Below, piece by piece: positions 1-9,346 of a stretch of 64,000 nucleotides of DNA. The position numbers and the translations under genes are program-made. Every line of letters starts with the position of its first letter. Position 1 is the first letter of the stretch. The DNA comes from a virus: positions 1 to 64,000 of the IMG/VR virus record IMGVR_UViG_3300010403_000024. One strand, written 5' to 3'. The notes beneath the pieces were generated by a model. The model searched no databases, was not told the DNA's origin, and saw only the letters and a program-made list of their open reading frames with translations.

Positions 1-702
1 GATTTGCTCATGCGCCTTGGTTGGGCGGTCGGTCACGCTTTCTGGCATGCAGTTCTTTTTGTGCCAGATAATTTCGCTTCTGAGATACCACCCGTCGGCT
101 CGAAGCGCGAAGGCTAGCATCCAGGGCACCCCAATCAAATCCTTTGGCTTTAACCACGGCACAGACCGGGAGCCAACAGCGTGGCTGCCGCGATTTGTCT
201 CCTGCTTCCAACCCACTGTGTCATTTCGGCCTTCAACCGATTGGACGCGCTGTCCCGGCTGGGATGAATAGCTATCACCTAAATTCACCCAAAGCACCGC
301 ATCATGCCTCAGCACGCGGCGCACCTCGCGGAAGACGGCGACCAGTTTGGCTATGTATTCTTCGGGTGTCTTTTCGAGGCCCAGTTGGTGCTCGGCCACG
401 CCCGGGATCTTGCCGGTGCCCTGGCAGTGCGGGCAATCAGGGTCAGGCTCTTTTTTGCAGCGCGGATCGGTGGGGCTGGACTGGCCGGAAGCGCCGGGGA
501 CCTTGGTGCGGCACCATTCGAGCGACGATTCGCTCGTGTGGCGTTGCTGGGCGCAGGAGCAGGCGGAGTAATCGCGCAGGCCGTAATAGGGCGGCGAAGT
601 CACGGCGCATTGAACACTGTTGTCGGGCAGCGTCTTTAGCATGGCCAGGGCCTCGCCGTGCAGGATAGTCAATGGTTCACGCTTGTGGTCACGGCCTGGC
701 AT
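1..702 (-). CDS. Site-specific DNA methyltransferase (N4-C/N6-A, beta class), truncated by window edge
   Basis: Not in ORF track; my translation MPGRDHKREPLTILHGEALAMLKTLPDNSVQCAVTSPPYYGLRDY...QLGLEKTPEEYIAKLVAVFREVRRVLRHDAVLWVNLGDSY...KPKDLIGVPWMLAFALRADGWYLRSEIIWHK..MPESVTDRPTKAHEQI; SPPY motif. Confidence 0.92.
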   Translation of the reverse strand, partial: MPGRDHKREPLTILHGEALAMLKTLPDNSVQCAVTSPPYYGLRDYSACSCAQQRHTSESSLEWCRTKVPGASGQSSPTDPRCKKEPDPDCPHCQGTGKIPGVAEHQLGLEKTPEEYIAKLVAVFREVRRVLRHDAVLWVNLGDSYSSQPGQRVQSVEGRNDTVGWKQETNRGSHAVGSRSVPWLKPKDLIGVPWMLAFALRADGWYLRSEIIWHKKNCMPESVTDRPTKAHEQI

Positions 703-1048
703 TGCGACTTTTATCCTTCCAATAATCCGACTGCTGATTGTAGTCGGTCAGGTCCATCGGCGTCCACGGCTGGGGGGCGTCGGCCACGCGCGGCAGCATG
801 ACTTCGATCTTCGGGCGTTTATTCACCCATTGGTACTCGCGCACCGGGCGCTCCGGATTGATGCGCTCGATCTTGCCGGCGACGACGTGGGCGCGGATGT
901 ATTTGTGGACGATCTGGACCAGGTAAGTGCGCGGGTGTTTCTTGCCGTGGAGCCGCACCAGCTCGTCGATCACGCGCTGGGCGGTGAAGGGCGAGAGGGC
1001 CTGCATCAAGGCCGGGATCTGGAGGGTTTTGCGCGGCATGGTTTTCAA
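689..1048 (-). CDS. Hypothetical protein
   Basis: Tightly packed in minus-strand operon; start uncertain. Confidence 0.6.
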   Translation of the reverse strand: MKTMPRKTLQIPALMQALSPFTAQRVIDELVRLHGKKHPRTYLVQIVHKYIRAHVVAGKIERINPERPVREYQWVNKRPKIEVMLPRVADAPQPWTPMDLTDYNQQSDYWKDKSRNARP

Positions 1049-1428
1049 CTCGGCAACTTTGCGGAGTTATGGTCGGGTTTGTCAAGGACTTTGACTAAGA
1101 CGACGCGCTGGTTGACGTGGTGGACTTCGAGGTTTGGGTAGTATTTGCGGCGGTGACGGGACAGGCGGTACCAGATGGCGCTGGTGCTGAGCCCGGTGCG
1201 GATGGCTTCCAGCACGCACCATTGCTTCATCGGCATGCTGCCGTCACCTTTCTGGCGCAGATAATTCAGCCGGGTCGAGATGTTGAGGGCGTTGAGCCAG
1301 GCGCTCTGCTCTGCCTCTTCGAGCGGTTTAAGCATCTGGCGCGCGGCGTCCAAGGCTTGGCGGGCTATTTTTAGCCGCTCATTAGCCTCTATCTGGCGGC
1401 GCTTGAGGTCCTGAAGTTCGTCTGACAT
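1045..1428 (-). CDS. Hypothetical coiled-coil / DNA-binding protein
   Basis: Start re-assigned to ATG 1428 (MSDELQDLKRRQ), 5 nt after upstream stop. Confidence 0.65.
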   Translation of the reverse strand: MSDELQDLKRRQIEANERLKIARQALDAARQMLKPLEEAEQSAWLNALNISTRLNYLRQKGDGSMPMKQWCVLEAIRTGLSTSAIWYRLSRHRRKYYPNLEVHHVNQRVVLVKVLDKPDHNSAKLPS

Positions 1429-1433
1429 GGCCC

Positions 1434-1613
1434 TTAGAATGGCATGTGTTCCTGGTTGTGGATCGTTGGCGCCTGTTGGGCGAGCCATTCGTCGGCCTGG
1501 GCTTCGGCCAACTGGCGCTCTTCGAGGGTGGCGGGTCGCTGCCCGTTGGTCTGGAGCAGCGTGTACTGCTCGATGCGGCGCAGGTATTCTTCGAATTGTT
1601 CGGAGAGGGTCAT
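1434..1613 (-). CDS. Hypothetical protein (59 aa)
   Basis: MTLSEQFEEY...; ATGA overlap with upstream stop. Confidence 0.6.
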   Translation of the reverse strand: MTLSEQFEEYLRRIEQYTLLQTNGQRPATLEERQLAEAQADEWLAQQAPTIHNQEHMPF

Positions 1614-1780
1614 TCCCATTCCTGTCGGCAGCGGGGGCAGAGGTCGATTTGGCGGGCGCTCTCGCCATTGATTTCCAAAGCCATAAACCACCCCTGATTG
1701 TCTTCGACGAGTGATTCAATGGTCGGGCCTGTTACGTGACACTGGTCACACAACACTTCGTGAGTGGCCTTTACGCTCAT
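1610..1780 (-). CDS. Small zinc-ribbon protein (56 aa)
   Basis: Below track cutoff; MSVKATHEVLCDQCH...QGW...IDLCPRCRQEWE, two CxxC; coupled at both ends. Confidence 0.7.
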   Translation of the reverse strand: MSVKATHEVLCDQCHVTGPTIESLVEDNQGWFMALEINGESARQIDLCPRCRQEWE

Positions 1781-2409
1781 AAGTTGTGGTCTGGCACGTC
1801 GGATAAATCGACGAGGGTTGAGTTGCGGAAAAATCGCGAGGCGATTCGGCGATCAAATTGCTCGCCCCATGCGGTCGGCGCGACGTTTGTCGTCACAAGC
1901 GTCCACATCTGCTCCCGGCGCGAGAGCACTTGGCAGAGCTTGTCTATGCCGACCAAGGAAGGATCGTGGCCCGCTCCAAGATCGTCGATAATCAGGAGTG
2001 TGGCTTCAAACATATCATCAATCGCGTCCCACCCGCCTTCTTTGAAAACATCCAAGAGCCGCGGCCAGTGCCAGTAGCGATAATCAAGGTAGCTGATGTG
2101 GTTTGCTCGTTTCACGAACTGCTTGCCGTGCCCGACAAGGGCAACCCAACGCCGCACAGCTTCAGCACAATGGGTTTTGCCGGTGCCATTTGGGCCGGCC
2201 AGAACAAGCAACCGCCCATCCGTCGGGTAGGTCCACATCTCGAAGCAGAATCGGCCAACTTCGCGCTCAAGTTCCTTTAGTTTCGGATGCCGCTCGGTGT
2301 TTAGCTTCAAGTGCTTGGCGTTCCAGTTTGCGTTTGGCCCCTTCACCGTAGTCCGAGGGGCTGACAAAGACTCCATCGTTACGCGGATTATGTTTCCGAT
2401 TTCTTTCAT
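1777..2409 (-). CDS. DnaC/IstB-like AAA+ helicase loader
   Basis: Walker A GPNGTGKT, Walker B LLIIDDLG, TLVTTN, DRRIASR; follows initiator. Confidence 0.88.
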   Translation of the reverse strand: MKEIGNIIRVTMESLSAPRTTVKGPNANWNAKHLKLNTERHPKLKELEREVGRFCFEMWTYPTDGRLLVLAGPNGTGKTHCAEAVRRWVALVGHGKQFVKRANHISYLDYRYWHWPRLLDVFKEGGWDAIDDMFEATLLIIDDLGAGHDPSLVGIDKLCQVLSRREQMWTLVTTNVAPTAWGEQFDRRIASRFFRNSTLVDLSDVPDHNL

Positions 2410-3181
2410 AAGGTTTGTAGTTGCGGGCCTTGTCCAAGGCTTCGGCCCAGTTTTCGAGCAGTCGGAAGAGGGTTTTGGGGAGATCGAACCGGCGATCTTC
2501 AGATTTCACAGTGCGGCCAAAGACGAGCATGGTATGCTTTTCGGACTTCCAGTTTGGGCGCTTAATGACCTCCAGGGCGGCCAACTCCTCGGGTTGGGTA
2601 GGCCGCTCGCCCTCCGTGCGGTTGTAGAGGTTGAAGCCGAGCTCCTCCAAGAGGTCGGTGACCAATTTGTGCCTCGGGATCGCCTCTGCTTTTGATTCTG
2701 ATTCTGATTCTGATTCTGATTCTGATTCTGATTGTATCGGGGGTGTCGGGTTTTGTCGGGGGTAATCGGGGGTAATGTCGGGGGTAATCGGGTGACGGTA
2801 GCGGCTGTTTGGTCGATTTGGGCGCTTTTGTTTCTCCCACTCGCGCTGATAGTGGCGCCGATCCTCCTTGGTGATCGCGTCGCGGTATTTGAGGAAATTG
2901 AGCAGCCTATAGCCGCCCTCGACCTTCTCTACTCGCCGCCCCTCATACTCCTGGCTGCGTGAATCAGGATCTGGGGATTCGAATCGCTCAAGGGCGGCTC
3001 GGCACTGTTCGACTGGAATCCTGGCCCTGTCAGCTATACCTGGGATGGCAGCAGCGACATAGCCGGTGCTGTCGGCCATAGCCAATAAGGTTATCCAGAG
3101 GATGCGGGCGTAGTTGTCCTCACGCCAGACGGTGGAATCGAGGATGGAAGCAAATAGCTTGGTGTAGCCGCCGGTGACCAT
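2267..3181 (-). CDS. Phage replication initiator / replisome organiser
   Basis: YTKLFASILDSTVW...ILWITLLAMAD N-terminus, central (SE)n linker, internal iterons, upstream of DnaC-like gene. Confidence 0.82.
   Translation of the reverse strand: MVTGGYTKLFASILDSTVWREDNYARILWITLLAMADSTGYVAAAIPGIADRARIPVEQCRAALERFESPDPDSRSQEYEGRRVEKVEGGYRLLNFLKYRDAITKEDRRHYQREWEKQKRPNRPNSRYRHPITPDITPDYPRQNPTPPIQSESESESESESESKAEAIPRHKLVTDLLEELGFNLYNRTEGERPTQPEELAALEVIKRPNWKSEKHTMLVFGRTVKSEDRRFDLPKTLFRLLENWAEALDKARNYKPYERNRKHNPRNDGVFVSPSDYGEGAKRKLERQALEAKHRAASETKGT
2693..2794. repeat. Putative replication origin: (TGATTC)n tract plus TCGGGGGTAA-type iterons inside initiator gene
   Basis: About six TCGGG(GG)T repeats at 2736-2794 beside the hexamer tract; lambda O-like layout. 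Confidence 0.65.
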
Positions 3182-3196
3182 GGGAATCCTGAAAGG

Positions 3197-3290
3197 GCGG
3201 GTTCTCCGTCGCCGCGCCCGTAGGGACAGTCGTGGGCAGACAGGACAGGTCTGCCAAAGAGGTTGCCCAACGCGTCAACGGAGAACCCGC
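3197..3290 (-). ncRNA. Structured leader RNA upstream of initiator (C4-like architecture)
   Basis: 13-bp perfect outer stem GCGGGTTCTCCGT/ACGGAGAACCCGC enclosing GGCAGAC/GTCTGCC hairpin. Confidence 0.5.
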
Positions 3291-3598
3291 AATTTCAAAG
3301 TAGGATAGCACAATTCGGATACACGACTGTAATTTCGGGCGCTCACTCTCAAACGTGTCCAGCCAGCGAGCATGAAACAGAGCGTAAATGGGGTGGGTAG
3401 CCCATGCCAAGAAAAATCGTAAAAAATTTACTAACAGCAAAGAAGACCGGGCGGGGATTGAGCGGTCCCCGCCCGGCGTGGCGATGGAAGCCAAAGCCAG
3501 GAGAACTCTTTTTGTTGGGCCTCCTTTTCGGATGAAGGGCAGTTTCAACTATCATCGCTCCATGAGTGAGACAGCGCTGGGCGCGAGGGTCAAGCAGG

Positions 3599-3979
3599 TT
3601 ATGCGGCTTCGGGTTCGGGTTCTCCGTCTTCGCTGCCCTCCGGCTGCCGTCCGACGCGCAGTTCGAACGTGCCTTGCGTGGGGTCGTCGAGGGTGGTCGA
3701 GGCTTCGTCGGTGACGGACTGGCTAAAGCGGATCGACACCTTCAGGGCCGGGTCGCTCTTCGAATAGTCGATCACGGCGCCGAAGTTGACTTTGACCGTT
3801 TTGTCTTCGGCCTCGTCGCGGAAGGATTCGATCTCGTTTTCGTGTTTGTCCCAGAGGGCGTCCACCATCGCGAGGATGGCGCTCTTGACGGTGTTGGCGG
3901 GAGTTTTGGGCGTGGGTCGTGTTTTACGGGCCATGTGCGTTCTTTCTATTTTAGGTTGCGGTTTTGGTTTGGGGATCAT
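3599..3979 (-). CDS. Hypothetical protein
   Basis: ATGA-coupled to upstream ATPase; alternative start 3934. Confidence 0.7.
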   Translation of the reverse strand: MIPKPKPQPKIERTHMARKTRPTPKTPANTVKSAILAMVDALWDKHENEIESFRDEAEDKTVKVNFGAVIDYSKSDPALKVSIRFSQSVTDEASTTLDDPTQGTFELRVGRQPEGSEDGEPEPEAA

Positions 3980-5667
3980 TCAAAGAATTCGTGGCTGGCG
4001 CGCAGTTCGTGCCCGCCCTGAATCAGTTCCAAGGTGCGGAGTTTACCTAGATACGTGCCGAAGGTGCCGCTGGAACTGGAGATGGCGGCGCGTTCGCCCA
4101 GTTCCTCGCGGGTGAGGCTGGATGGATAGACCTCGGCCAGGTTGGCCAGCATGCGACCCGCCCCGGACTGGCCAAGTTCGTTGAGCCAGTAGGCGAGCAG
4201 ATCCCGCCCTTCGGGTAGCGGCTCGTAGCTGCCCAGGGCGGACTGGCCGGCGGGGGTAATCCGGATCGCATCGGCACCGTCGATCCAGCCGTTGGAGCGA
4301 AGATGTCCCAGGTAGGTGCCGAAAGTGCCGCTCTGGCTGCTGAGGCCGGCGCGCACACCAAGCTGCTTCTTGGTCAGGCCCGGGCGCTGGGCCAGGGCGA
4401 TCAGCATGCGGCGCATGCCGCCGGAGACGGTGCCGTTGGAGGGGGCGGTTGGATGGGTCAGACGAGTAGGACTGGTCGGACGGATAGGACTCGGACGAAT
4501 TTGGGCTGGTTGCCTGACCGCATCGGAGGCGCGAACCCTGATGTTGACCAGAGACGAGTGCATAGCCTCAAGCACCCTCGCCTGCTCTGTGGACTGGCGC
4601 ATGGCGTCGCCGCAGGCTTTTTGGACGGTGTTAAGCAAGGCAAGTTCGGCGCGGCCCAAGACCGGAACCTCTAGTCGCTCAACTTCTGGCTGTCGGTCAG
4701 CTTGGTCAGCCAGTTTGCGCCGCAAATCGGCGATGGTGCGTTTCAGTTCTGCAGGATCGTTTGCCTTCTGCTCCTCAATGACCTTCGGGATGCTGCTGGC
4801 GAGTTTGGCCACGAATTCCGCAGTGTCGGTTGCTTTGGCGCTCTTAAGGACCACTTCCGGAGTGCGGCGGTCGGGGTGGAAAGACCGGCACATCGGCATC
4901 TTCTCGCGCGATGGATGGTCAAGGCTTTTACGTGTCCAAACCCAGGCTTCGCCCGATTGCAGTTTCGGCAGCGATGTGGTTACCTCTTTCGCCGTCTCTG
5001 GGTCGAGCCGGTCGATCCACTTTTCGACGGCCTCGATCGCGTTCTTGCCAACCTGGCAACCAAGCACCAGCGCCGTGCTGCAATTATCGAGCACGGCCTT
5101 GTTGACCTCTTGCGAGCGCTGGTTGATCAACGTGATGCCGACCGAGGCGTTGCCGCCCATGCGCACAAGCTTCTCGACTTCGGCGTAGGTTTCGCCGTCG
5201 TAAATCTTCTGAGGAACAAACTCGGCCGCTTCTTCGAGGAACACATGGCAGGCGCCGCCTTCGTTTTCGTAGTGAATGATATGGATGGCGCGCTGCACGA
5301 TGCGGCGCCAATCAGCCTTACTAAGGGTCTTGTGAAAAAGGTCGATGACCAGAGGCACCCGCTCTCGCAATGAGGCTCGAACAATTTCATCGACGCTCTG
5401 CGGAGTTAATGGAAGGTCTGGCGCGTTGCCTCCAGCGACCACAACCTTGTAAGCTTTACCCATCGAATGCTCCGCGGCCACCTTCATCCACCGCCACTTG
5501 CCAACTGCATCGAAAACGACGCAATGCACGTCGTGCTCTAAGAGCTGCTCGCAAATCCCTTTGCTGGTCACCGTTTTGCCGGAATCGCGAATCCCAAGGA
5601 TGGCCGACGCGCCCGTGGCGTAATCAACTAAAGGTATTTCAATCCCGCCAATTTTTATGATTTTCAT
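3976..5667 (-). CDS. HerA/FtsK-like (DUF87) ATPase with C-terminal tandem winged-helix domains
   Basis: GIRDSGKT Walker A, VFLEEAAEFVPQ Walker B, LINQR; repeated SSxSGTFGTYLGxLR wHTH. Confidence 0.85.
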   Translation of the reverse strand: MKIIKIGGIEIPLVDYATGASAILGIRDSGKTVTSKGICEQLLEHDVHCVVFDAVGKWRWMKVAAEHSMGKAYKVVVAGGNAPDLPLTPQSVDEIVRASLRERVPLVIDLFHKTLSKADWRRIVQRAIHIIHYENEGGACHVFLEEAAEFVPQKIYDGETYAEVEKLVRMGGNASVGITLINQRSQEVNKAVLDNCSTALVLGCQVGKNAIEAVEKWIDRLDPETAKEVTTSLPKLQSGEAWVWTRKSLDHPSREKMPMCRSFHPDRRTPEVVLKSAKATDTAEFVAKLASSIPKVIEEQKANDPAELKRTIADLRRKLADQADRQPEVERLEVPVLGRAELALLNTVQKACGDAMRQSTEQARVLEAMHSSLVNIRVRASDAVRQPAQIRPSPIRPTSPTRLTHPTAPSNGTVSGGMRRMLIALAQRPGLTKKQLGVRAGLSSQSGTFGTYLGHLRSNGWIDGADAIRITPAGQSALGSYEPLPEGRDLLAYWLNELGQSGAGRMLANLAEVYPSSLTREELGERAAISSSSGTFGTYLGKLRTLELIQGGHELRASHEFFE

Positions 5668-5670
5668 TGG

Positions 5671-6360
5671 TTAGTGGGGCACGTCCGCTGGCGGCTGGTA
5701 AAATTCGGCCTGGGGGGCGGTTATGGCGGGGCGGGTGGGTGGACCGCCGTTCAGTTCGATCAGGCGCTGCTGGCCGCGCTCGAATCGAGCCAGGAAGAGC
5801 AACAACGCTTCGTCGATCTTCTGTTGAATCTCGTCGTCGCGCTCGACGTGGACGAGGACGTGGGGGAACCGCCGGCGGTAGGACATGAACTGCCAGGTCG
5901 GTCGGCCCGTCACGTACATGGCGCCGTGGACCTGGGCCAGGTATTTGGACGGCACATCGCCGTCGAGCAGGTACTGGACGTGGGTGTGGGGTTCGGGACA
6001 CTTTATTTCAATGCCGCTGCCATCCCCGATCAAGCCGTCGGGCGAGCAGCCGATTCGGCCGTCGTCGGTAGTGATGAAGGCCACGCGCTGGATCTCGACC
6101 CCGTACTCGAGTTCGTAGAAGGGGATGGCCTGCTCTTCGAGGATCTGGCCGAACTCCATATCGAGGGTGCTGAAACCCATGAGGGGACCGCCCAGCCACC
6201 ACTCGCCCAGCTTGCGCGCCAGGTAAGTGACGGGCATCTGGCCTTTGCGGATTTCCCAGGTGGGCGAGATCAGGTTGTCGAATTCAGAGGCGGTAGGGAT
6301 GCCGCTGCGGGCTAGCATCCATTCGAGAGAGTTGGGGGCAAAGTCGGTGCGGATGATCAC
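5671..6360 (-). CDS. YqaJ/lambda-exonuclease family recombination nuclease
   Basis: SLEWMLARSGIPTASEF, GCSPDGL, IEIKCP, YLAQVH. Confidence 0.93.
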   Translation of the reverse strand: MIIRTDFAPNSLEWMLARSGIPTASEFDNLISPTWEIRKGQMPVTYLARKLGEWWLGGPLMGFSTLDMEFGQILEEQAIPFYELEYGVEIQRVAFITTDDGRIGCSPDGLIGDGSGIEIKCPEPHTHVQYLLDGDVPSKYLAQVHGAMYVTGRPTWQFMSYRRRFPHVLVHVERDDEIQQKIDEALLLFLARFERGQQRLIELNGGPPTRPAITAPQAEFYQPPADVPH

Positions 6361-7109
6361 GTCGTCTTCTCCTTTCGGCGCAGGTTCTGGTCGAGTTCAG
6401 GGTAGCGGTCGGCCCGGATCTGCTCGTAGGTGGAAGCGCCGGCGAATTTGAGGAACGCGCGCTCGTCGCTGCCGGTGGCGTGGACGCGGCTCTTGAGGCT
6501 CTGGGCCTGTTCGGGGCTGATCAACGCGCCTTCAGCCCGCGGATCGTTGTCGCGCTCGCGCTCGATCACGATGTTGAGGGCGTCGCACAAGGCCAGCCGC
6601 TTAGCGTAGGTGCCGGCGGCCCCATCGGCCTGCGTCTCGCTGGCACCGGGCGGGCCCTTGCCGATGCGGACGGCGAATTCGTTGCTCTGCTTGTGGCCGG
6701 ACGTGTGTTGCAGGGTGCAGATTTTGATCAGGCGCGAATCCTCGTAGCGGGTGGAGAAGGCGATGGTGAAGCCGTGCTTTTGCAGCATGGGGGCTACCTG
6801 CTCCATGACATCTTCGTACGGGGCGAAACGGTACCGAACTGTGCCGTCGTTGTTTGGAACCGGGACGGTGGCGCGCACACCCGGCATCTCAGACTGGAGG
6901 GCGTTGAAGGCGGCGGCGAAATCTTTCTCCGCATCCTTGGCCTGCATGTGCTCGTAGAGTTTGACGATCTGCTCGACGGCGGCGACGTTCTCGGCCGTCA
7001 CGCCCTTGGTCAGGACCGCTTGCAGCATGTCGGCCACGTTTGGGGCGCTGCGGGAGAGCGATTGTTCAGGGCGGATGGCGACGGCGGTTTCGGGATCGGA
7101 TTTTGGCAT
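6357..7109 (-). CDS. ERF-family single-strand annealing protein
   Basis: YRFAPYEDV, LQHTSGH, QADGAAGTYAKRLALCDALNI; paired with exonuclease; start ATG 7109. Confidence 0.87.
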   Translation of the reverse strand: MPKSDPETAVAIRPEQSLSRSAPNVADMLQAVLTKGVTAENVAAVEQIVKLYEHMQAKDAEKDFAAAFNALQSEMPGVRATVPVPNNDGTVRYRFAPYEDVMEQVAPMLQKHGFTIAFSTRYEDSRLIKICTLQHTSGHKQSNEFAVRIGKGPPGASETQADGAAGTYAKRLALCDALNIVIERERDNDPRAEGALISPEQAQSLKSRVHATGSDERAFLKFAGASTYEQIRADRYPELDQNLRRKEKTT

Positions 7110-7113
7110 AGGT

Positions 7114-7770
7114 TTAAAAAATAAAGTTGTTTCCGTCGATGGAGAATGGAATTCGGATGGCCAAGCCGTTTCGGACGACGAACTGATGATCGACGACGAA
7201 TTCAAAAAGGGTGCGCTCGATCCGCACATCTTCGATGCAGTAATCGACCAGATCAGCCATCCGGCCTTCTTGGAACATCAGCGGTGCGGTCGCGCCGTTG
7301 GCGGTCTTGCGCATTCGGATGGTGTCCCAAGCCACGTCATCAAGTTTGTAACCGCCATGAGTGCGCGGCTCAAAATGATTTGGGTCAAGGTGAAGCGACA
7401 GCCAGATTTCGCGCAGGATGTCGAAGTCGCGGCTGATTCTTCCATCAGGCTGGACGACCGCGCCATCTGGAATCTTCGTAATCGTGACCGGCCACATGCC
7501 GGGCCAGCTTGCCTTGAGCAGTTTCCAATCGAAGCCGACGGTGTTAAGGCCCACCACCAGATCGTAGGTGCTCAGGATGACTGCCGCCTCGGCGGCGTTG
7601 CGATCATCGAAAATCCGGTAGCGACCGGATTGGTAATCGTAGATGACCAGCACGCTCACGCCCATCTCGTCGTGGGATTTCCAACCATTGGAGCATTTTT
7701 CAATCGGGGTTTTGATCTCGGCGTCGAACACGGCGATCTTGCGGCCAGCTAACAGCGAAGAAGCCCTCAT
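7114..7770 (-). CDS. RNase H-like 3'-5' exonuclease (YprB/RNase_H_2 type)
   Basis: VFDAE, VVGLNTVGFD, YKLDDVA, DYCIEDV motifs. Confidence 0.85.
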   Translation of the reverse strand: MRASSLLAGRKIAVFDAEIKTPIEKCSNGWKSHDEMGVSVLVIYDYQSGRYRIFDDRNAAEAAVILSTYDLVVGLNTVGFDWKLLKASWPGMWPVTITKIPDGAVVQPDGRISRDFDILREIWLSLHLDPNHFEPRTHGGYKLDDVAWDTIRMRKTANGATAPLMFQEGRMADLVDYCIEDVRIERTLFEFVVDHQFVVRNGLAIRIPFSIDGNNFIF

Positions 7771-8057
7771 AGAAGTTTTCCTTTCTCCGCTACGGTGGCC
7801 GACTTGGGCTTGCGGCTCGCACCATGCGACTTTCTGGCGCGGGGCCGGGAGGTCGCGGTAGTGCTGAGGATGTCGATGATCTTCGCGGACTCCTTGATCA
7901 TGAGCTTGAGCAAACTTTCGCCGCTCAAGACGGTGCCTTCCGGGCCAGCTTCGCCCCGGAACAGGTTGGCCAGTTCGTGCTGTTTGGCTTCGTTGATGTC
8001 GCTGAAGGTTTTGCCGTCGCTGGTGGCGTAGGCTTTGGTGAAGGTGATGCCGGGCAT
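7767..8057 (-). CDS. Hypothetical protein
   Basis: YATSDGKTF..EAKQHE; coupled to downstream gene. Confidence 0.7.
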   Translation of the reverse strand: MPGITFTKAYATSDGKTFSDINEAKQHELANLFRGEAGPEGTVLSGESLLKLMIKESAKIIDILSTTATSRPRARKSHGASRKPKSATVAEKGKLL

Positions 8058-8085
8058 AGGATTTGGTTCTTTTGGTTTCGGGTTG

Positions 8086-9240
8086 TCAGAGCAGTTTGTC
8101 GTCGTCCAAGGCGGTTATGAGCCAGGCGTTTAGCTGGTTCATTTTTAGAGCGAGACGGTCAATGAGTTCGGCGTTGCTCAGGGTGGGCGTAGGCACGGCC
8201 CGGATGGCGGCAGCGAACGCTTTCAGCTTTTCTTTGTCAGGCGCTGCTGCTGCCACTCGCTCGGCCTTCTCCCGCGCTTTGCGCTCGGCTTCGAGCTTCT
8301 TCTTTTCGGCGGCTTCGGCTTCCTGCTTTTTGCGCAGTTCTTCGCGGGCCTTGGCGGCGTCAGCCTGGGCAGCCTCGGCTTGTTTGCGCGCCTCGGCCTG
8401 AGCGGCCTCATGCTCGCGTTGCAGGCGGGCCTGCTCGGCTCTGACGACGGCCTCGACGCGCTTGCGCTCGGCTTCGGCGGCGTCGGCCACGCGCTTGATC
8501 TCGGCGGCGGCTTTGCGGGCTTCTTCGGCGCGCTCGGCCTCGATGCGGTCGCGCTCGATCTTGGCCGCAGCTTCGGCCGCTTCACGTTCCTGTCGGGCTT
8601 TCTCCGCTTCCTCCTTCAGGCGCGCGTTCTCGGCGGCGATGCGCTCGCGCTGCTCCTGCTCGGCCCTCGCTTTGGCGGCGGCTTCCTGTTCGGCTTTGAG
8701 GGCGGCATCGATCCGGGCCTGACGCGCCAGCTTGGCGTTGGTCAAGACGGTGGCATAGTCGGCCACGGAAAGATCGGAGAGGTCGCCAATGATCGGGGTG
8801 TCCATGAACGGGGCCAACTCCTGCTCGCGCAACAGCTTGGTCTCGGCTTTGAGCTTGGCGGCGTGGCGCTCGGCGAACTGTTCGGATTCGAGCAGCTTGG
8901 TTTCGAGCGCTTCCATCTCCTCGCGGATGGCGCGGGCGGCGGCGTCGATCTTGCCGGTGCGGGCCTTGAGATGCTCGACCAGGCCCTTGCGGGTTTTCTC
9001 CATCATGACGCGGGCGTCCTTCAGCTCGAGCCGGGCCAGGCGCGCCTGCTGCATCTCGGCTTTCTGGGTGGGACTGGTTACGACCAAGGAGGTCGCTTTC
9101 TCCTTCCACTTGGCCAGGGTAATTTGGAACGGCTGAAAGATCTCGGCCAGCGGCTGGGCGGTGTCGAGTTTCTCGACCGCCAAGGTTGGTGCGACCGCCG
9201 GGGCGGCGGGAGTTTCGGCGGGGGCGGTAGGTGTGTCCAT
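8086..9240 (-). CDS. Long coiled-coil Ala/Glu/Lys/Arg-rich phage protein
   Basis: ARLARLELKDARVMMEKTRK and APDKEKL motifs; first gene of leftward operon. Confidence 0.75.
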   Translation of the reverse strand: MDTPTAPAETPAAPAVAPTLAVEKLDTAQPLAEIFQPFQITLAKWKEKATSLVVTSPTQKAEMQQARLARLELKDARVMMEKTRKGLVEHLKARTGKIDAAARAIREEMEALETKLLESEQFAERHAAKLKAETKLLREQELAPFMDTPIIGDLSDLSVADYATVLTNAKLARQARIDAALKAEQEAAAKARAEQEQRERIAAENARLKEEAEKARQEREAAEAAAKIERDRIEAERAEEARKAAAEIKRVADAAEAERKRVEAVVRAEQARLQREHEAAQAEARKQAEAAQADAAKAREELRKKQEAEAAEKKKLEAERKAREKAERVAAAAPDKEKLKAFAAAIRAVPTPTLSNAELIDRLALKMNQLNAWLITALDDDKLL

Positions 9241-9244
9241 AAAT

Positions 9245-9275
9245 AATTTTGAATTTTGAATTTTGATTTGCGATT
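9245..9275. repeat. Heptamer tandem repeat (AATTTTG)n + GATTTGCGATT
   Basis: Near-copy at 44463-44498. Confidence 0.7.
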
Positions 9276-9310
9276 AAGCGGCGACCCGGTGCCTGATGTG
9301 CTTGATAATT

Positions 9311-9333
9311 CTTGACTACGCAAATTTGTCAAG
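9311..9333. promoter_or_regulatory. Divergent promoter region between leftward and rightward arms
   Basis: CTTGACtacgcaaatttGTCAAG: opposing TTGACT and TTGACA -35 boxes at the strand switch. Confidence 0.55.
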
Positions 9334-9346
9334 TCAGAAACGATGG

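Noticed and set aside
2693-2733. (TGATTC)n as a phase-variation tract
   Set aside because: Hexamer unit keeps frame, and SE/TE linkers are usual in phage initiators
8086-9240. Tape measure or TolA
   Set aside because: Lies in the early recombination operon and has no TM anchor; generic coiled coil
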